This document shows positions 29,173 to 41,968 of a stretch of DNA of 64,000 nucleotides, one piece after another. The notes below the pieces were generated by a model, which worked only from the letters and a program-made list of their open reading frames with translations, was not told the DNA's origin and ran no database searches. Positions within the stretch are counted from its first letter, which is position 1, and the number at the start of each line of letters is the position of its first letter. Made by a program: the position numbers and the translations under genes. Source of the stretch: an uncultured virus (IMG/VR IMGVR_UViG_3300035210_000116) (lineage: Duplodnaviria; Heunggongvirae; Uroviricota; Caudoviricetes); IMG/VR virus record IMGVR_UViG_3300035210_000116; one strand, given 5' to 3'.

Positions 29173-31374
29173 GAGCTATCCAGGCACCCGTCGGTGCCTG
29201 GTAAGCTTGCGTAGATTGCATGACCAAGCGTCCCTGATTTTGCAATCCATTTTGTTGGGATACCATGGCTTATGCCATTACAAACTCGATCTTGTAGAAC
29301 AATCGATCGAACAGACGCATGATCAATGCATACAGCCCAATAACTGCCCTATACGAACGTGTAGCAGGCCAGCCGCCAGCAGCTTGGTCCATGGTCCAAG
29401 ACACAACTAGCGGAGCAGGTGCTTCGACCTTGCCGTTACGGAAGCCAACGATCAGCGCCTTACACCAGGCGGTAAGCCAGGTGAATGCAGACGCGACTTG
29501 CTTGCTAAGCTTAACCTCGCCGTCGACAGCCAATCGTTGAGTTCCGAAGAAACAACGTAGCTCACGGCCAAGAACAGCGTAGATCAAAGCGCAGAGAACT
29601 GCGGTCGTAAAACCACCAAGCGTGGCAGCAGCGATGCCCATCAGCCAGAGGCCGAACAGGACATCGCTAACAACCAGATAGCCTAGCAGCTTCGGTAAGT
29701 GCTCCAGCGGCAGTATGTACAGCAAGCCCAATGCGGCAATGACGGCGAGCAAAAACTCACCGCCAAAAACCACATAGGCAAGCAGCACTAATGCGACCGC
29801 TAGAAAAACAGCGGTCTCTCTATCCATGGAATCACGCTGCCAGAGCCGGGGCCGACGAACGGAACCAATCGGTCACACCGTTGTAGGCCAACATAGCTCC
29901 GCCGGACACAAGCCCGATGAGCAGCACGGTGATACCGGCAATAAGCTCGGAGATGAACGGAACAAACAGGAAAGTCAGGGCGATCATGAACGCCGTACCG
30001 GCGCTCGTGAAAAACACCCAGACCAACAGAAAGGCAGTAAGGAACTGCGCAGTCTTAGAAACGAAATAAGCGGTGCTAAGGTCTTGCATGACATACTCCG
30101 GGAGTGACAGGGTTAAATGGCAACGTTACGAACTGCGACTTTAGCGGTAGCAGCGCGAGTAACGGTACCGGGACCAGTGGCAGCCGAGCTGCCGGAATCG
30201 CCAGGCTTATCGGACGGAACCGAAGTAGCCAAAGGCGCAGATTCAGAGTCAGAATCAGACTCGAAAACAAAACTCTTCAGCCAGATAAACTGGGCTTTCA
30301 TCAAGTTGACCAGGAAACCGCCAACCAAGTGGATGCCGGTGAGCGCCATGCCAATGGCAACGAGCATGCTGAGAAAGTGCAAGCCGATGGCAAGCACGCC
30401 GGCGCCCATGAACATGCCGACCGGCATAACCATCAAGGTTCCGGTCCATAGGCCATAGCCGGTGAAGCCAGCAGACACGAACATGGCAGCCGTGAACTTG
30501 GTCGTCATGGACTTGGTGTCAAAAGCAGAATGACCAGCATTCAGGGCAGCCTCCCAGATCTTGGAGAAAAAGCCCATGATCATCTGACCGGTGCGAGTGA
30601 GCCAGGACTTGGAAGGCTTAGAAGCTTGCTCAAAAGCTCCAACACTGGTCTCCACTTTAGAAGCGGTTCCGTACATCCCATCAATCGTGGCCTGCATCCG
30701 AGCGATCTGCGCCCGAAGGTCAGCGACGACTTCCTCATTGGTTTTGCCAAGGTTGGCATTGGTATTGGTATGATTGGACACGGTTGATCTCCAGCGGGTT
30801 AAAGACAGCCAAATGGCCAGGAATAGAATTACGATGCTACCTCACACAATGCGCGAGCCTAAATCCTCGCGCAAAGCGCGTCCCCTGCGTAATAACTATC
30901 CTTACTTATCCAACTCACCCGAATTCATCACTAAATACACCTCCGGAAGTTTCAGCGCGTTCTGCAAGAGCAGTACGAACTTCAATATCTTGACTACGCT
31001 CAAGAAGCCGTCCGCCTGGATAGCCAAACGCTATAAGCAGAAAGAAAGCAAAAGCGCTAGCAACCCAATCAATACCAAAGGCAATTGGGAGCAAGCATAG
31101 CGAAACCGCCAAGCCTATGGTAATAGGGAAGTTGTATTCTATGCAAAACAGCAAACAATTCGCTACGAGTATACGCCTGGGTTTAGCCCAGCACACGATA
31201 CAAATAAACGTAGCAAGAACAGTATTGATACTTGCATAAACAGCAATAATTCCAAGCACAGCAGGAATACTACCGAAATATACAAGGACCAACGCCCAGG
31301 AAATGGAAGCCAAGCTAAACAGCAAAGCTCCCCAAATCTGCATCCATACACTATAAGCTTTCATGTTAAGTACC

Positions 31375-31881
31375 TCATTCAAATGTTTCCAAATCGGCGT
31401 CGCCTTGACGTCGACCGTCGCCTTGGCGTCGACCGTACGAGACGGGAATACGAATCTGTCTACGATTACCTTCAGGTCCTAGCAGACCAACTTGGACATC
31501 GTGACGAATATTCATTAAAAGTTTGCCAAATTGATTTTCACCGACGGTACGGTAAACACCCCAAAAGGTATTTCCGCACCTGTTGTGATAAACTAACTCC
31601 TCATCTCCAGTTGCAAGCAATTGAGAACGAAGATAAGGCGTAACAAATTTAAGTTCATTCAAATTTATCATAAGCTGTAGTCTCATATCATGCCATCCAG
31701 GACGAAGTTGAACAAGATTACCGAGGCGACGAGCTTCCTGAGCTGAACCGCACGTAAGTATATCGCGAGCAATAAGCAAATCAGTAGTCTTGGAAGCACA
31801 ATAATGTATAGTGACACAAGTACCTCCAAAAAAGTAATCAGGATGGAGGAACGAAAAGTGCCCAGTGAAATCCTCGATCAT
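31375..31881 (-). CDS. NADAR (YbiA-like) protein, divergent
   Basis: EARRLG..V.LRPGW...R...M.....KF....LR..LLATGDEELV.....N.FWG.....GEN.FGKLLM.IR. Confidence 0.85.
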   Translation of the reverse strand: MIEDFTGHFSFLHPDYFFGGTCVTIHYCASKTTDLLIARDILTCGSAQEARRLGNLVQLRPGWHDMRLQLMINLNELKFVTPYLRSQLLATGDEELVYHNRCGNTFWGVYRTVGENQFGKLLMNIRHDVQVGLLGPEGNRRQIRIPVSYGRRQGDGRRQGDADLETFE

Positions 31882-33353
31882 AACTACCTCAAGCTGGGTC
31901 CTGGCAAAAGCCAGAACCCAACATACTACATCAGGCGAGGGGGGGCCTGGCGGGGGCGACAGGAGCTGAATCCTTGCTTAATAGTCGTTCAAACTGTGCG
32001 ACGGTGAGTACTAGGTTGTCGAGACGAATAGTACCATCATCGAGACGGGCAACCTCGGCTTGCGTGAAGTTACCGCCTTTGGCCCGGAGTTGCACGAGCT
32101 GGGCCGCCAAGGCGTCATCCAGTTCGGGCTCCTCAAGGGCTTCGCAAAGCTCCTTGACCTGCGTTTGAAGCTCAGCGATCTGCTCAACGAACGGAGCAGT
32201 GAGCAGCACCTGCTCTTCCAAAATCCGGTCGTTTATATTATGCGTTTCGACGAGGTTGTCGATGCGGGCATTGAGCTCGCCATACATTTCAGCCAACATT
32301 TCGAGGGTCAACGGTTGCTCGTCGCCATTGCTGCCGTAGAGCGCAGCGGCGTGCAAGGCAGTTTCAAGCGTGGTAAGCGGCTGATCCCCCGCGGGGAGCG
32401 CAACCAAGTCATCGACGATATCGACGATATCGCCGGCATGATACGCCGGACCTGTTGCAGCGGTTGATGCGCTTGGTTTCAACGCTGAAAACGTGCCAGA
32501 ACCGGCAGTATTACGTTGACGATTACTTCTGTTGGACATACAAATCTCCTATCAAGGTCAAGCCTTGATAACTGTGGTTGAACGAACAAAATGAAAGCGC
32601 TAATGACGCTTTTTATCGATCTGACGATCAAAATTGTCGTCAGAATTGCCAGAAAGTTTGCCAGCGGAACCGAAAAGCTGTTCCATAATGGCGTCGATGC
32701 TTTGCTTCATCGTGCTCGAAGAAGAAAAAGCAACTTCGCTAACGCTACCAAGCTGGGCAAGCTTGGATTCAAGCGGTGCATGACGAGTATGCTTAGGTGC
32801 CAAGCATTCATCGCGATGTTCGCATGTAACGCACTCGCGCGCGGCTCTAGCATTTCTGGTACTGAATATGGTCTTGATGACTTTTTCGTTAATGGCCGTA
32901 AAGACGATAAAAACTTGCCTATGGAAACGGCGAGAAAGCCTTCCGAAATTATTATTCTCAGAAGCTTCCATTATCCATTCCATCGGAACAATGTTTTGAC
33001 GGCTAAGCCATGGTGGGCTCAAATCGCCTCCAGATGCGATCACGCAAGGTCCAGCGGCGATTGCTTCCGGTGTGCCAACCACTGCCTGAGAAGCGAGCAA
33101 TACGTCGCGAAAAGATGCATAGTGCATGGTAGATAATGCAGTATCAATTTCACCTTCTGGGAAAACGAATACCGGATGAAGAGACCAACTGGAATTTGCC
33201 AAGGCGTTTTCCTCGTCATCGTAATGCTGAATAGCAATTATCGCTAACGGAAATGGCGCGCCCGCCTTTTCGATCCATTCGAGCATGGCTGCGCGAATGA
33301 TCGCTGCCTTTTCAGGCAACGGGGAAACACCAGAGGTATTGTAACCGAACATG

Positions 33354-33734
33354 TCAAGCACTCCTAGAATCAGGCCGTTTAGGTATAAAGTCCCACTCTT
33401 TAGGGAATCGGATATTTGGAGTAGCCTCCTTAAATAACGCTGCAACTTGTACGGCTGTAAAGCCGGCAAGATTGCAACCAATGTTAGAAAGCTGGAATTC
33501 CAGCTTTGGATGATCACTCGCATACTGAAGGAAGCGAGCGACACTAGCAGTAAAAACTGCGGGAAACTTTCCAGATACACCAGAATGAATGTCTTTGGAA
33601 ATAATGGCATAGGCATTTCCCTGAGGACCATCAGATTGACCGAAACGGGCACCATAATGCTTGCGAGCATGACGCGCTGCGCCTTTTAAATGATGCCCTT
33701 CAGGATCAGAACTGAATACATAAATTACTGTCAC
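33354..33734 (-). CDS. Macrodomain-like phage protein, paralog 1
   Basis: YVFSS..EGHH.KGAA..A...YGA..G...G.QG.AYAI..K...IGC.LAGF. Confidence 0.6.
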   Translation of the reverse strand: MTVIYVFSSDPEGHHLKGAARHARKHYGARFGQSDGPQGNAYAIISKDIHSGVSGKFPAVFTASVARFLQYASDHPKLEFQLSNIGCNLAGFTAVQVAALFKEATPNIRFPKEWDFIPKRPDSRSA

Positions 33735-34005
33735 ATGGGAGACCCTCCAAGGCGTTCATTCAAAATACGCAGAGCCGTTGCACGATCGCTGGCTATGAAA
33801 GGTTCAACAACTTGCTGAACGAAGTCGTTGCCTTCGCAGTCTTCGGTATAATCTTTAACATCGCCAAACCAACGCTTCAGTTGAAGCAAGCCGTTGCTAT
33901 GGAGATAACCCCACCACCAAATGGCGTTGGGATTTCGACCGAAAGAATCTTGCATATGATTACCTCACTGAAAAAAGGCCGATCCATCGGCCAAACACAG
34001 CGGAG

Positions 34006-34509
34006 TTACATGATATCCAGGATCGGAATTCCATACTCCTCGGCCATATGAAGCATCTGACCAACACCATCGGTGCGCCTACCGGCGAACGTTATACTGT
34101 AAACACGATCCACCGGTGTGTTGAGATACGGCCCCAGGAGAATAAAGCAATTCCTGGCTTGCATTAATCGCGCGGCTTCAGAAGCCCGGGTCCAAGCCGG
34201 ATGGAATTTCTTCGCCAAGTCGAGCGCCGCCTGCGTTACACCGTGCCGAACGATGAAATTGAAGTAGGCCAGATTGGTCGCAGGATCTTTCCAAGATCCA
34301 ATTTCATATGTTGGCCAAGGCAAATAACATTCGCAATAACCTTCTGCTTGGCGCCAACCTCGCATGAATGCCTGGCTGGCGCCCCAATCGCAGCCGGTGC
34401 GAAGTGTATGCCCTGCTTTACCAAGTTCCCGTGAGAAAGCAGCTGCACGATCAACAGCAGCATTAGATGCAGAACGGCTACCAACCCCGGTAAAAATCAT
34501 ATAAATCAC
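34006..34509 (-). CDS. SLOG/DprA-like phage protein
   Basis: FTGVGSR, LRTGC..GA..AF, YLPW, HPAW, ARNC..LLG, GVGQ....A..YGIP. Confidence 0.7.
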   Translation of the reverse strand: MIYMIFTGVGSRSASNAAVDRAAAFSRELGKAGHTLRTGCDWGASQAFMRGWRQAEGYCECYLPWPTYEIGSWKDPATNLAYFNFIVRHGVTQAALDLAKKFHPAWTRASEAARLMQARNCFILLGPYLNTPVDRVYSITFAGRRTDGVGQMLHMAEEYGIPILDIM

Positions 34510-36302
34510 CTCAAATTGGTTTAGCTAAAGTGCAAGGAACGTTTTCACTCTGACTCCCATCGGTCGCAAGCGTCAAAAAGAGGAAGTTCGTTAGTACATA
34601 ATACCAATCGTTGATACCTCGCAGAATAAACGGTATGTGGAAAAAACTGGCCGTGAAGGGGATATGCGATGACATCAGCGGCATCGATAGTCCGATAAAA
34701 ACGGCACGTAGAACATTTCTGGGTTTGGCCATCTAACAACATAGATATACCTATACTTTTGATTGATACAAAACCGTATTTACAGTGCCCGTATCTCCTA
34801 TACTACACTTCCGGGATTTGAAAGAATAAAGTTCGATCTAAAATGAATTGTTCAGAATCAGGCACAAAATGCCATTCTATTGGCACAATATATTCTTTAA
34901 TAAATGAAAATTCCTCTGATGTCATTGTATGTAATACAGCGTTTGGAAACATTGTGTAGAGCGATAGTAAAGCAACTCTCTTTGTCATTTTGAAAACAGA
35001 TGACAAAGCAGTTATACGATATTTGATTGGAGCAGTTTTGTCGGTATAAACCAACCAATTAAAGCTGTACATAGGTATTAGTGGTCTGGTATCCCTTTCA
35101 TAAAGGCGAATTATAGCGATAGCAACTGGTCTATCAGCCTTATAAATTCGTAAAGCAGCTTGAGAAAAATCTGATGCATAGAAATCTATGACATCAGTTA
35201 CCGTGCACAAAGTGCTTAGATAAACCATAGTTTTTCTCACCTACAAAAAAGGCCAATCCTTTGGCCAATGAGGATCATTCATTCATTCAATCGATACTGA
35301 AACACCAAGCGGCAAAGCATACAGCGAAAATAAACGCTGCTATGACAAGCCAATCAATAAAACCAGGAAGTTTGGCCATGGTAGCAATCTCAAGTTGGTG
35401 TTGTCAAAATTCAAATTGGATACATGCCTCCTAATCTGATAATGAGAGAGCCAATGATCACGATAAGTACGACAACTATCGCGAACAGTAAAGCCCAGGG
35501 GTCAAACTTATGTGCCATAGTTAGTCAACGCCGTTGCAATCCAAAAGATCATCCATTGGTTCTTCCCAATAAGCAGTAGCGGGCTGAAATTCCTCAGAAG
35601 GAACCAGCCGGACAGGGGCAACAACGTTGATCTCGATTTCGATATTGCATTCCTCCGTTACGTTAAGGGAGACAGTCAAGCCAAAGGAGACAATGCCTGC
35701 AATACCTTGCGTAAAGGTTGTGGATAACACCTCGCTCACAACGGCAAGAACCTGCCTATGAAATACAAGAGTCTGTGCCATGTCTTCTGGTGACATAATA
35801 ATTTTCATACGCACCTCGTTGGTTTAAACCACGAACAACTCACCTATAGCGCGAGCCCTAATCCCTGGCGCTACGCGCCCGTTGACATTTTGGGGCTGTA
35901 CATAATGTAAATAATAATAACCAAGAGCGAGGTTGACAAAAATGAGTAACAACATGACAAATTTGAAATTAAAAATCTTCATTTGATTCCTCCGCGAAAT
36001 CATAACATTCGATGTAAAGATCAATGTCAAGAACATCATAACTTTCTAAGGTGTAACACAAAGTTGCTCCAGTCGTCAAACCTTTAGCATCATAAGCAAC
36101 AAAAAATACTTCTTGATAGGCTCCAAAAGTTGTATCCATGGAGATTCGCTTGTAGCCATTAGACGCGAAATGAATAATCCAATCGCTAGGGGGAATCTGT
36201 GGAAACTCGCATACAGTACTCACTGTGACAGTATGAAATAGGTTGTATGACATCTTATTATCACTTATAAAGTAGGGCTCCGGCTGCCGGAGCCCAACAT
36301 CG

Positions 36303-36707
36303 CTAAACAATCACCGTCGCATCTTGAAAGTCATTCAGAATGTCGACAAGCGCGTGCGCTTGATTGATAGCCGTAGAGGCAAAGCAGTCGGTCAGGGTAT
36401 AGTTATTAGAAGCAGCCAGGCGAGCCAGCTCCTTGATGAGGTCTGGATGAGCATCTGCCCATACCTCCCATAGCGCCTTATAGGCTTCATAGAGTTGTGC
36501 AGAAGTCATATCATTCAATGGGGGCTTACGTTTGCCGAGCTGCCAGTTCTGGCCACCAGGGTCATAACCTTTGGTGTCACACTGATAGTGCATTTCGATA
36601 GAGCGGCCATCTGGCATAATAGCGTTAAAAGCCGAGAAGCGTTTATCGCCACGGCTGCTGACTTCGTAACCATTACCCAGGCGCGCCCAAAGATAACGTC
36701 GATTCAT
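36303..36707 (-). CDS. Possible divergent NADAR-fold protein
   Basis: KRFSAFNA....RSIE.HYQ..K resembles the NADAR LSNF...SVEH.YQ..K core. Confidence 0.45.
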   Translation of the reverse strand: MNRRYLWARLGNGYEVSSRGDKRFSAFNAIMPDGRSIEMHYQCDTKGYDPGGQNWQLGKRKPPLNDMTSAQLYEAYKALWEVWADAHPDLIKELARLAASNNYTLTDCFASTAINQAHALVDILNDFQDATVIV

Positions 36708-38246
36708 AATCACTCCGCTACGTGGATTGTTGTTGGCCCTGTGATGGGCGGGCTTCATTTCTCACCGTGTACCACGAGAGCACTAGTAATAGTTATTACA
36801 TGGCAGGTAAGCTTCACCATGCCAGGGAGTTGCTGATCTGCAAAAGCAGCACGTAGTTCTCTCGCCTTTTCTACCTCTCTTGCCCGCGATACCTTTGTTC
36901 TCGCGGTCTTATCAGCAAGCCTTTCCAGCCTACGATTCTCTTTACGCTGGCGTTTAGCTTCTTTGGCCATGAACGCCTCGCGATTTCTCTCGCGTTCAAG
37001 GCGTACTTTAATCTCATCAATTTTGTCGTGCCTCGCAAGTAACAGTTCAAGTCGTCGAGCTGATGTGTCGTCGAGCAGTTGAACTAGCTCGATTTCTATA
37101 AGATCAGGGATCTTTGAAAGTTCTATAAGTTCTTCATCTGTGAGCGAACCAAAATGTACAGTTGTAAACATTCTGTAAATTACCTCAATTGGTTAGAATT
37201 TTGGGCCCTTTCGACACGTTCACAATAAGCTATATCAAAGAGTTTAAGCTCATGTGCAGTGAGCGCATGGCTATAAATCAATGGTTGCTCGTATTTGCGT
37301 GGATCGTTCGGCCAGTACATTGTCACCAACTCTTCGATCTGTTCTTCGGTGAGCATAATGCTTACCTATTGATTAGAGCATAAAAGTTACCTTACTCGTC
37401 GGCTCTGGCTTTCAAGGCAGCTATGCGGAGCTTGATCCGGATGATCAAATCATCCAAAGCTAGATGCGCTATACTTGGATCTTCGGGTGGAATCCACTCG
37501 ACGGCAACGTACTTAGCGATTTCAAGCACCTTGCTAAAAATCAGGGAGGCAATTGTTCTATGCGGGAAATCTTGATCAAGCATGATCACTAACATCTTCC
37601 CGCAAAGCTCGATAAGTTGCTCCCCAGTGAGAGCTGTACCAGGCTCGCAGATACCTACTCGTATGGCCATCCCTCTGATGATCCTAGTAAGCTCATCACG
37701 CTGACCGCGAACCTCTTCCAACTCGGCAGTGCGTTGTTGAAGCATTGCTAAAGTTTCATCACGCTGCTGGTGCATACGGGAGAGCTGACGATTACGCTCT
37801 CCAGAAGTACCTTCTTCTTCTTCATTCATACTAAATCTCCAGGTTGGGCTTTCAAAGCGGTTATATGATTCTTGATTTGAGTACTCAAATACTCCAAAGC
37901 TAGAAAAGCTTGCTCGGAAGTAGTTGGCATCTTCCAGGCGATACCAACATGATTGGCAATATCGAGCAATTGCGCAAGGAGCATGAGCGCAGTCTCTTCA
38001 TAACGATTAGGAGCATGCATAATCACGAGCATGTCTGCACAAAAGCCCGTGAGTTGCGTACTAGAAAGATTGGCACCCGTTTCACATAAGCCTACGCTCG
38101 TAGCCATGTAGGCAATAAGACGTCCCATATCATTACGTTGCTCGGTCCTTTCGTTCAGTTCTGCGGTAAGCAGGGCTATCTCGGCATTGCGTTCATTAAG
38201 AGCTTGCTCAAGTTCTTTTTCATTGGTGTTCATGTTAAGTTTCCGA

Positions 38247-38606
38247 TCAAACGGCTAATGGAACCCACGCATCAGGCAACCGCACATTAGGTGTATAGCC
38301 CTTGAAAAGTGGGGCAATCTGTATAGGCATAAAGCCTGCGAGTCCGCAACCAATGTCGGCCACGATAAACGTGTCATCAGGATGTTCGCGGGCATATTGC
38401 AGGAAGGCAATCACGCTAATCCTGATCTGTTCCGCGGTGATAGCGAGCTCATCACGCCTTAATTCTTTTGTTATGATGGCGTAAGAATCATTTTGTCGAC
38501 CTTCGGCACGACCAGAGATAGCGCCATATACAATGCGAGCGTGCTTAGCAGCACCCTTACCATGATGCTCTTCGGAAGTACTTCCAAATACGTAGATTGT
38601 TGTCAT
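38247..38606 (-). CDS. Macrodomain-like phage protein, paralog 2
   Basis: YVFGS....HGKGAA...YGA..G.AEGRQ..SYAIITK...IGCGLAGF. Confidence 0.6.
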   Translation of the reverse strand: MTTIYVFGSTSEEHHGKGAAKHARIVYGAISGRAEGRQNDSYAIITKELRRDELAITAEQIRISVIAFLQYAREHPDDTFIVADIGCGLAGFMPIQIAPLFKGYTPNVRLPDAWVPLAV

Positions 38607-39989
38607 AGTAGTACACACGTCTCTATCCAGTCGGGAATGTCTTCAATATGTTCTACCCAACCGGGAACTTCACGCTCTAAATAGGGCTCACCTTTATCCC
38701 TATCAAGTTCTTTATCATAGTCATTGACATCGCACCAAGTGCCATCTTTCCACATATAAATTTGCATAGCCATTACAGCTGCCGCCTCAACCATTTATCA
38801 ATGTCCGCGATAAATTTAACAGACTGTAGAACCGTCCACGTCACAATAATAGAACCTCTATCAGCGTCAAGTGATGGATCGTAGTCATTGACATCCATCC
38901 AGGAGAGGTCTTTAAACACATGAATTCTCATTGTAGACTCCAATAGGTTGACGATCACTGATTGCGCGAGCCCTAATCCCCGCGCGAACGCGCGCCTATA
39001 TAAGACGCGTCACAGAGAATTTGGTACAACCATAGGACGGCTGTACCTCCTGCTCCTTCTCCTGGCCACACACACAGCGTAACCAGAGTCGGCGTTGAAA
39101 GGCCAAAACATCCAATGAGGTGTCTTGGCCAGAAGTGATTTGTTCTCCCAGCCGGAGGATAGGCAATTCAGTCTAGTATGCTGTTAACTATCGCTTCAAG
39201 CGGACGGCCTTCGTTCACTCACTGATTACGCAGTCATAATCCGCGCGCGAAGCGCGCGCCCCTACGCAAGAAGCGAAATAGGGCGAACAGGAAACTAGCT
39301 TATTTTTTAACGTGTTTTCAATAAATAAAATATGAGCAAAATCAATAACTTACCTAACCTTTTTTGTGCTTAGTTACAGAACTGATGACCCCACCGCAGA
39401 AGGTTAAGGCAAAAGTGCAGAGCCAGAGCTTACGCTCTGACCCTGCACTACACTGCCTATTCCGCAAATGGCGAATCGCCAGCATGAGCTGCGAGAGCCT
39501 CGAGGAGACGAGAATCCACTGTCGAATTAGAGGCTGCCGGAGTAGCCAGTTCTGGCCAGTGAATCTGGTGACCGCCCATCTCGATGAGTGTGCGGTAGCC
39601 GACAGGCTGACCAGCCTGATCATGCATACCGGAAGGCAGGTTGTCCTTGAGCCAGTTGGCAAAACCATTAGCCGGGTCGTTATAACGAGCGTTGCGGGTG
39701 CCAGCGTCGCGAGCCTTATCCAAGAGGATGTAAGCCTGGTCATGGGGAACGGTCGGAATCATCGGGTGATGAGTGACCCAGACCGGATGGATTTGGTTCC
39801 GGGTACCCGGGACGCGCTGCCATTGGCAAAGCTTGCCTTTCCAATTGTTCTTATACTGAACAAGGAAGTTCCCCCGATCGGACGGCGGAACAGGCACGTC
39901 GGCAGGCGGGTCGTTGACCGAGCCATTGGCATTGCCGGTACCTTCCATGGAGAGCGCAGCGGCCAGCATGTCCGTGGCGGGAACCACGG

Positions 39990-40069
39990 CGGGCTGAGCC
40001 TGATGAACGGGCTGAGCCTGATGAACGGGCTGAGCCTGATGAACGGGCTGAGCCTGATGAACGGGCTGA
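39990..40069. repeat. 18-bp tandem repeat, about 4.4 copies, encoding (QPVHQA)n in ORF 39457-40326 (-)
   Basis: CGGGCTGAGCCTGATGAA repeated perfectly. Confidence 0.95.
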
Positions 40070-41614
40070 ACCTGGTTTTGCATAAACTGCTGCACCATGG
40101 CGGCGAGCTGTTCAGAAGTCGGCGGGACGGGAGCGAGGGCGGGCGGCACGGAAACCATGCCAAGCATGGCTTGCTGGATAGCTGCGAACCCAGCACGGAG
40201 CTCGATCTTCAGATCCAAAACATCGGCCTTGACGGCATCGAGTTCGGGATTTGACGGAATGACCTTCAAGGCGGCGGCCTTGATAGCACGAGAAGCACGA
40301 GCGGTAGGAGTCGGGGAAGTGGACATTGTATTCTCCAAACAGGTGGGTAGTGGAAAGGCCCACGCACAGTGCGTGAGTCTTAATCCTGGCGCAAAGGGCT
40401 TGATAGCACGTTTTCAGATTTTCAGGTTGTCTGCATCTGGCACGTTAGGTGTTGGATCTTCACCAGGGCCCGGCCGCCGTGCTCGTCTTCAATCACTTGC
40501 ACTCCGGGAACGAACGTCAGCGCCTCAGATAAGGCATAAGAGCCGTCCTGGTTAAGATACTGACTTGTCACCTGCACCAAGCAGCCGACGCCATCGATCT
40601 GCATGGCCTTGGTGGATTTCGTCCAATTTTGCTGATTAGAGCTTTCCTTGCTAATTAATCGCCAGGCATCGACACCGAATACCTTCACATCCGTTGTTGT
40701 TGCAGTCTTCGTGTCATCAAGCGTTTTCATGGCCATGATATATCTCCAAACAAGTGGTGGATTATGAGCGAAAGGCCCACGCACAATGCGTGAGCCTTAA
40801 TCCTGGCGCGAAGCGCCTCTACAGTGGTGTCAATTCAGAATTGACATTAAGGCGACGGACATAGTTCGGGCAACCGCAATACGGGATGTTCTGCGAACCA
40901 TCTACGTTAGCGGTGCCAGTCACCATGTCGTAAATACATGTGGCATTCTTATCGAGCTTGCCATAAGGGCCGGGAAGCGGGCAGTCAACGCAGGTAAAAC
41001 CCATATGCAGGTGATGACCGGTGGTCATAGAGATCGGAATCACCGGAGCGGTGAAATTCGTGCATGTTGTGCATGCGTGCATGTTGTACTCCAGGGTTAA
41101 AGAAGGATGGCTCCAAGCGCGTGAAACATTGTGCTTGGAGCCAAAGGGTTAAACAAACTTCCGCATAAGCAAAGAAGCAGCAGCCTCGATCTTGGTCTGA
41201 ATGCCGCCGACCAAGGTCTTAGCCAAGTCGAGAATCGGCTGAACAGCCTTATAGATCTTGACCACGACGGCGATCTCTTCGTCACCGATGTCGGTGAAGA
41301 GCTTGAGTGCGGCCGGAGAAATCTCGATTTCGACCTTGCTATCACGGAAAGAAGCTCGCGTCGAGATGTAAGCCGGATCAAACTTAGCGCGAATGACCTC
41401 CTCGATCACGGTTATGGTCACCGGAGTGACATCCTTTTCAGGAATGAATTCGGCCAGGAGCTTGGCCCCATTGACGTTGGAAGCGTTCAGAACGTTCAGG
41501 TCAGCGGCAGTGATGATCAGTTTCATCGTATTCTCCAAACAGGTGGTTAGTGGAAAGGCCCACGCACAAGGCGCGAGCCTTACTCCTAGCGCGAAGCGCA
41601 AGCGCAAGCGCAAG

Positions 41615-41968
41615 CTAAAGCATCGAAGTTTTCCAACCATCGGGAAGATGGACATTGTCAGGACAGCCCTTAAAGAGCGGAGCGATCTGGCTCGGTTTGA
41701 AACCAGCTAGACCGCAACCTATCGCAGTCACTTTGAAAGTGAGACCAGGGTTAAGGCGGGCGTAGTCAAGGAAGCGATCAACGCCAACCTTGACTTGCTC
41801 TACGGTAATGGCCGGATAACCTGGTCTAAGTTCTTTCGTGATAATGCCATAAGCATTACCTTGGCGGCCTTCGGCCTGGCCATAAATCGCTCCATACTGT
41901 AGACGAGCGGTCAGGGCCGCACCCTTACCATGACGGCCTTGCGGGTTTGAGCCAAATACGAACACCAT
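41615..41968 (-). CDS. Macrodomain-like phage protein, paralog 3
   Basis: VFVFGSNPQGRHGKGAA...YGAIYGQAEGRQGNAYGIITK...IGCGLAGF. Confidence 0.65.
   Translation of the reverse strand: MVFVFGSNPQGRHGKGAALTARLQYGAIYGQAEGRQGNAYGIITKELRPGYPAITVEQVKVGVDRFLDYARLNPGLTFKVTAIGCGLAGFKPSQIAPLFKGCPDNVHLPDGWKTSML

Noticed and set aside
31948..31980. tRNA 3' half-like sequence ending CCCCCGCCA on the minus strand
   Set aside because: There is no matching 5' acceptor strand, and it lies inside the coding end of ORF 31931-32539.
39364..40254. 296-aa plus-strand ORF with LSLMNG repeats
   Set aside because: Shadow of the minus-strand gene 39457-40326, which has the RBS and upstream motif.
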